Positions 56,976 through 64,000 of a DNA stretch of 64,000 nucleotides are shown here, in pieces. The position numbers were made by a program, and so were the translations under genes. The DNA is taken from positions 104,532,001 to 104,596,000 of the forward strand of contig OX597822.1 in NCBI GenBank assembly GCA_951406725.2. Reading direction: 5' to 3'. Under the pieces are notes generated by a model, which was not told where the DNA came from, made no database searches, and saw only the letters and a list, made by a program, of their open reading frames with translations. Numbering within the stretch: the stretch's first letter is position 1; each line of letters starts with the position of its first letter. The DNA is from Octopus vulgaris. Taxonomy: Eukaryota.

Positions 56976-57865
56976 GAGTGGTGAACGTGGGAACATCACA
57001 TTTATGGAAGCGAATGTAGCCCAATAGCAGCCCATTTCCAGGTAGTCATATTATATTTCCTGTATTCCTTCATTCGGTAATGCAAGACTGAACGAATTGG
57101 GACTCTGATAGAAAACAACGAAACTCTAAGTCGCATCAATCCGAATCAGACTGTCTTAAATGATTTACATGTGACTCCTACTCAATATATCGAGTACCAT
57201 TTTCTTTCACTTTTTTACTCAACCAAAGATACATGCATACACACACACGTACAGGCACGCGCACATTCACGCATATTTATATACATATATGCATATAAAT
57301 GTGTGCATATATTCATACACACATAAATGCGTACATATACATATATGTACACACACATATATACATGCATACACACACATATATACATACATACCGCAAA
57401 ATACACGTTTAGTTACTGAAGTACTAGTATCAAAAACACATGGTGTAAAAACGTTCCGGTACCATTCCGGTACAGTTATAACCTTTTGAATGTAGCCAAA
57501 TCAACTGAGGTAATCATGAATAATACAAATTTTAACTGAGTAGGTTATAATTCTTTTCAATACACTTCAATTAATAATATTTATTTTAATTAAGAAAATA
57601 TTCAAATCAATGAAATAGGTTTCTAATGGAGAATTTTTGGAGGAACAAATTGAAAAACAGTGCACAATATAATAAAACACAGCACTCTAATTAAAACTTG
57701 TCCTCTCCGAACGATTCTGTTTTCCTGAATTTCTGAAAGTGTAATTGAATCAGGAGGTCTTTCAGCTAAATATATTTGGTAACAGTAAAGTCAAGAAATC
57801 AACGCTACTTTAAATTATTGGCTCATATAATTAATTGAAGACATTTATAATTAATTTGCCTCTAT

Positions 57866-57936
<71 letters not shown>

Positions 57937-57946
57937 TATATTATAT

Positions 57947-57977
<31 letters not shown>

Positions 57978-57982
57978 CATAA

Positions 57983-58021
<39 letters not shown>

Positions 58022-58022
<1 letters not shown>

Positions 58023-58298
58023 ATGGCCCAGTGGTTTAGGGTAGCGGACTCGCAGTCGTGGGAACACGGTTGCGATTTCCAGACCGGGCGTTTTGACTGT
58101 TTATTGAGCAAAAACACCTAAGACCTCCGCGAGGCTCCAGCAAGGGGTTGTGGCGATCCTTGCAGTGGTCTTTCGCCATAACTTTCTCTCACTCTTTCTT
58201 CTGTTGCGTCATTTGAAGGCTAAAACAATGCGCTTCGCATTGTGACCAGCGATGTGTAGCAACATCTGATAGCCTGGTCGGTCACGGTGCTCACTGTG
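58022..58298 (+). mobile_element. SINE with A head and tail type 2
   Basis: Tail GCGTCATTTGAAGGCTAAAACAATGCG...GGTCGGTCACGGTG shared with 19463-19760. Confidence 0.82.
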
Positions 58299-58318
58299 AC
58301 ATATATATATATAAATAA

Positions 58319-58355
<37 letters not shown>

Positions 58356-58369
58356 TGAGAAAATGAAAG

Positions 58370-58458
<89 letters not shown>

Positions 58459-58487
58459 TATACATGTATATATACATATATGCATAT

Positions 58488-58931
58488 AAGTCGACCTCGG
58501 CTGAATTTGAACTCAGAACGTAGCGGCAGACGAAATACCGCTAAGCATTTCACCCGGCGTGCTAACGTTTCTGCCAGCTCGCCGCCTTATAAGCCAATAT
58601 GTATGTCTCTAATTGTCGTGGAATAAAATTTCTATGTTACTTTTTATTCTTTTGTTACCTAATGACGTCATCAAATTTTATATACAAAACTAGCTTTTCT
58701 TAAAATAACCTTTTCTACTCTAAGCACAAGGCCGTGACATTTTTTAGTTCACTTTGCATTTAGCCCATTTTAGATTGTCTTGATAACGTTATATTAATTT
58801 CATTTGTATTTCATGCCTTTTTTGTTTCTAATTCTAAATAAGATGACACAAGCGACACGATCAGCGCTAAGGTATGGTTTTATCAATCATCAATAAATAG
58901 ATGTGATGTTTTGCGTTCTTGTTCTTGATAT

Positions 58932-58971
<40 letters not shown>

Positions 58972-59155
58972 AATGTGACAATTATGTAAAAAACTTTTTT
59001 GAATGCATAATATTCAATGTGACAATTATGTAAAAAACTTTTTTGAACCCATATTATTCAATGTTTCCTTAAATGTAACTTTTGACAATCTTTTACCAAA
59101 GAGTGAAACCGGTTATAAATAAACATCGTTTAAATTGCATTTTCAAACCTTTTTT

Positions 59156-59194
<39 letters not shown>

Positions 59195-59578
59195 ATATTT
59201 CGTCTGCCGCTACGTTCTGAGTTCAAATCCGCCGAGATCCACTTTGCCTTTCATCCTTTCGGGGTAAGAAATTAAGTACCAGTTGCGTACTGGGGTCGAT
59301 CTAAACGACTGGCCACCTCCCCCACAGTTTCCGGCCTTGTGCTTAGAGTAGAAAAGGTTATTTTAAGAAAAGCTAGTTTTGTATATAAAATTTGATGACG
59401 TCATTAGGTAACAAAAGAATAAAAAGTAACATAGAAATTATATTCCACGACAATTAGAGACATACATATTGGCTTATAAGGCGGCGAGCTGGCAGAAACG
59501 TTAGCACGCCGGGCGAAATGCTTAGCGGTATTTCGTCTGCCGCTACGTTCTGAGTTCAAATTCAGCCGAGGTCGACTT
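58488..59578. repeat. 247-bp inverted duplication
   Basis: 58488-58734 is the reverse complement of 59332-59578 with about 2 mismatches. Confidence 0.92.
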
Positions 59579-59882
59579 TGCCCTTCATCGTTTCGAATCG
59601 ATTAAATAAGTACCAGTTACGCACTGGGGTCGATATAATCGACTTCATCCGCTTGTCTGTCCTTGTTTGTCCCCTCTGTGTTTAGCACCTTTTAGGTAGT
59701 AAAGAAATGGGTATTTCGTCTGTGTTTATGTTCTGAGTTCAAATTCGGCCGAGGTCGACTTTGCCTTTTATCCTTTCGGGGTCTATAAATTAAGTACCCC
59801 TTAAACACTGGGGTCGATGTAATCGACTTAATATCCTTGTTTGTCTCCTCTATGTTTAGCCCCTTGTGGGCAATAAAGAAAT
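59479..59882 (+). mobile_element. SINE family C dimer
   Basis: Junction AAAGAAATG|GGTATTTCGTC at ~59709. Confidence 0.88.
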
Positions 59883-60132
59883 AAGAAACATACATATTGA
59901 CTGCGTCGTGAATATGTGGTAAGAGATTTCCTTTTTGACCACATGGATTTGGATTCAGTCCCACGATCTGGCATCTGGTCAAGCTTCTTCTACTACAAGA
60001 AACCTCAACAGATGATTTAGTATACGGTAATTGAAAGAAACTCTACGCACACACACGCGCGCACACAGACACACACACGAACACACACTCACATACACAC
60101 ACATTTATACTTATATGGCTATGCATGCGTAC

Positions 60133-60223
<91 letters not shown>

Positions 60224-60282
60224 CCGATGTTTTCTATAATGTAATATCTATCTATCTATCTATCTATCTATCTGTCTGTCTA

Positions 60283-60343
<61 letters not shown>

Positions 60344-60415
60344 GTCTGTCTGTCTGTCTGTCTGTCTGTGTACCTGTCTGTCAATATACCAGTTTGTCTA
60401 TCTATCTATTTATCC

Positions 60416-60509
<94 letters not shown>

Positions 60510-60561
60510 TTGTCTATCTATACGTATACATACATACGCACGCACACATACACACATATAT

Positions 60562-61817
60562 ATCTTACATAAAGTACACCTGTGTGTGTGTTTGTGTGTA
60601 TTCACTTTTCACGCAAAAACGGGTGTGCGAATTGCTTTCTATATTTGGGATGCATGAATAATTTGACCTCGGACACATAATAGATCCTTCAGTTAATTTT
60701 TTTTATTATAAATAAATTATATTGCTTTATATATATGATTCACTTCTTTTAAAATGTTTTTCAATGTCAAATTCCGGCATTGACGTAGCAACGGTGAAAT
60801 TTTTCGTTCTTATTTGCGAAACCTCTCACTTTCTATTTTAATGTTTTCATTTCAAGTTTTAATTCGCTATTTGCAAACAACTACGATAAATTACTGAAAA
60901 AAATAAATACCATGGGAGGAGACTTTTCGGTAAAGAAAATGTAAATATGTTCAGATGAAATGGTGTATGATCCAATGGAGATTCGGCTGTTGCTTCTAGC
61001 ACATCCCAAACCACCCTCTCGCATTGTCGCATGTACTTGTGGTTTTTGCAAAATTTTTGTCCTATTAAACACATTTTATGGAATGATGATCCCGAAGTAA
61101 CGCACGTGTGGTCCATTGGTGGAATATAAGCAAAAAAAAAAAGTAATTTAGATTTGCACTCCCGCCTCAATCAAGCGAAGCCGTATATGTGGGCGTAAGA
61201 AAAACACTTTGTAACAGAAAAGAATGCTATTAATATGAATTATCGTTTACATACCTCATTAAAAAAAATAATTACTGTAGATAAATGCCAGCAATGACCA
61301 TTTCAGGCTCTCCAGTGTTTTAAATCACAAACGGAAACAATCGGGGACAGGGAGTGGGGTTGCAAATAATCATGATTTTTCACATTTTTCTTACGTATTT
61401 ATTTGGGGAGAATAATATTGAAAAGCCGCTCCCATTAAACCCATTCGACAGTGAGAAAGTAACGAGTAGGGTTGTCTTATGATGTGATAGTAACGACGGC
61501 CAAATCTCACTTAGATCACCTAGTTTTCTTCTCTGAAAACATTTACAATTTAATTTTTTTACGAAAAGCTTCTGCCATGGCTCTGATGTACGAAGAAAAG
61601 AAGAATGCCAAAATCGGTCCGGAGTATACATTTTTTAAAATGTATACTCCGAACACATTTAAATGTATACATTTTTCTTGAACTTATGAAGCAAGAAATT
61701 CGAGAAGGGAGTACACATCTGTAGTTATGCCGTTCCCTCTCTTACTCTCTCTCTATCTATCTATTTATCTATGTAAATGCTATGCGTTTATAACCCGAGT
61801 GAAACTAGGTCCTGATT

Positions 61818-61820
<3 letters not shown>
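60562..61820 (+). mobile_element. Possible old non-autonomous Helitron
   Basis: TC start, (TG)n, TTTTCACGCAAAAACGG motif; degenerate 3' ACCCGAGTGAAACTAGGT; termini not clean. Confidence 0.35.
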
Positions 61821-61879
<59 letters not shown>

Positions 61880-61966
61880 GAAACGCGGAGTAGATGAAAC
61901 AGGGACAACTGAAGAAGGGGAATATTATATATGTTGTATGTCTCGTTCTGTTTTTTTCGTTGTTTG

Positions 61967-62020
<54 letters not shown>

Positions 62021-62921
62021 ATATACTATATATAAATACGGAGTTGTATCACACACGCTTTGTCTGCCTCTCACTGTGCGTATGTGTTTGTGTACATATA
62101 CATTCATACATCATAAATATATATATATATATATATATTAATACGTGGTGCAAAGTTGCAGGGACTGGGAATTTACGCAATATCATCCGTCCCCTGTTAA
62201 ATAGTTTCATAAAAGGTGTAAATTTCAATATCTAATCTTTCTGCCTTATCTTTCTTTCAAATTTTAAATGAAACGCTCGACTCCTTTCTAGTTGAGATTT
62301 TTCTTAGTTTATCAGGAAATAAACAATTACTTTCTACACGGCCACTCTATATAAGTTAATTCAAACGTCTTTAATATAGTGAGAATACTGTTTAAGTATA
62401 ATGTAGCTGTTAAAACCATCGCGAACGAGAACGGAAATAATAAAGCGTGTAGTTTACCTCCTTTAATAGATAAACGAAAGCATATGCTAGTTTTATCCCT
62501 ATAGACATATTCTTATCTTCCCATTTCATTTCACTTCTCGATAAATTTTCATTAAATCATTTTTTTTTTCTTCTTTACTGGAATATAATTTTTCCTATAA
62601 AAACGAGAGATAAAATTGGAAACTGATCTGAAAATAAAGAGGGGCGGTGTGAAAAACGCATTATCGAAGAGAACCGCGAAGACAATGTTATGTATTTAGG
62701 TGGGCTTATCATTAATATGATCATCATCATTGCCGTTGTCATCGTCGTCGTCGTCGTCGTCGTCATCATCATCGTCATCATCATAATATGGTTTGGCTTA
62801 GGTTCTGTCTTATTACTGGTAGGATTTATGTGGGCAGCGGGTTACTAACTGTAATCTTGTGTATCCACAAGTTTTCAGCAGTCTTTCAAGTGCTTAGAAT
62901 CTCTTTCTTCTTCTTCTTCTT

Positions 62922-62998
<77 letters not shown>

Positions 62999-63371
62999 CA
63001 TTATTATCATTATTATTATTATTGCTGCTGTTGTTGCTGTTGTTGTTGTTGTTGTTGTTGTTTACTTTTAATGTATGTTTGTTACAGTCACTTGCCGAGG
63101 CACACCCAGCGTCCTAGGGCGAGTGAATAATAAGAGATGTTACAGTATGACTGAAAGCTTGGGGAGGGAAATGGCGAGAACAGTAGCGAAATATCTTCAT
63201 GTAATACAACACAGACATTTAAATTGATAAGGTTTTACTACTTTATTATTAGCAAGTGATCTGATCTGCGATCGCGTACTGAAATACAAGCAATTGCAGC
63301 GTGGAAGGTGTTTATAAGCCATTTAAGAAACACACAAAAACCGTTAGATTCACTTCAACATTTAAATTTAA

Positions 63372-63422
63372 TTTGCCAAAATATTTTCGTCGCTTTCAGA
63401 CCGCGACCTGTTCACTGACAAA
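63372..63422 (-). ncRNA. Minimal type I hammerhead motif with G3:C8 swap
   Basis: TTTGTCA-GTGAACA-G-GTCGC(GGTCTGAAA)GCGAC-GAA-AATATT-T-TGGCAAA. Confidence 0.75.
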
Positions 63423-63443
63423 ATTCCGTGCTGCCTCTTTTAC

Positions 63444-63491
<48 letters not shown>

Positions 63492-63507
63492 TATTATTAT
63501 TATTATA

Positions 63508-63551
<44 letters not shown>

Positions 63552-63553
<2 letters not shown>

Positions 63554-63990
63554 GCATTGCCTTTGCACATCTTCTAACGCTGGCGATGTACTATGGTGTC
63601 AGCTGTTCACTGCCAGTGAACTAAGGTAGCACCTCTTATGTTTAGAGTACCTCCCGGAGTATTCGAGCGGCTCCAAGCAGTACTGTTTTCTGCAAGTGTT
63701 CCATCCTTATTGCAGCCCCTATTTGTTCTGCGTACATCTCGAGATTTTTGCTCACTGTTCCCACGGCTCCGATAATTATTGGTACTACTGCTACCTTTTT
63801 CATCGACCACCTCTCCTTAACTTCCCAAGCTAACCTGTCATATCTCTCAACGTTTCTTAGCCAAAAATGGTGACAATGTTACACCTGTTAGGCTCAGAGA
63901 CTCTGGTCTGGGTCCAGTCTCTCGATATCCAGAAATGGACCACCACACACAGCGTAGATGGAGCAAACAAATTAATGCTGTGGTCATGGA
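63552..63990 (-). mobile_element. 5'-truncated Dong/R4-like LINE, third family
   Basis: Minus strand ~63855-63642 reads NVERYDRLAWEVKERWSMKKVAVVPIIIGAVGTVSKNLEMYAEQIGAAIRMEHLQKTVLLGAARILREVL*; TTA repeats on both sides. Confidence 0.85.
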
Positions 63991-64000
63991 TTATTATTAT

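Noticed and set aside
57101-57133. GACT-CTGATAGA...GAAACTCTA-AGTC hammerhead-like string
   Set aside because: Core is off-register and there is no stem II
61873-61920. Permuted (type II) hammerhead CCCTTC-GAAA...CTGAAGA-AGGGG
   Set aside because: No stem I hairpin can form between the putative cleavage site and the core

Overview
AT-rich, microsatellite-saturated animal DNA; the repeat landscape strongly suggests an octopus/coleoid cephalopod genome (inferred, not database-verified). I see no intact protein-coding gene: nearly all listed ORFs are translated (TA)n/(CA)n/(TAA)n tracts or SINEs. The window holds >35 tRNA-headed SINE copies in four head families (my labels A-D), two decayed mariner elements, four or five non-autonomous Helitrons, two CR1-like LINE 3' ends, several Dong/R4-like (restriction-like endonuclease, RLE) LINE 3' ends in (TAA)n arrays, and many short Penelope-like relics in (TA)n. 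The main hidden signal is a dense set of type I hammerhead ribozyme motifs (about 11, intact or decayed), most with a palindromic dimer-type stem III, including a G3:C8 core swap, a family-wide U6, a C9 variant and a 62-nt stem II extension. Also notable: covariation linking the SINE B tail to CR1-like 3' ends, an 85-bp target-site duplication (TSD), and a fixed-junction self-concatemerising SINE. All folds and alignments were done by eye; coordinates of decayed repeats are approximate.
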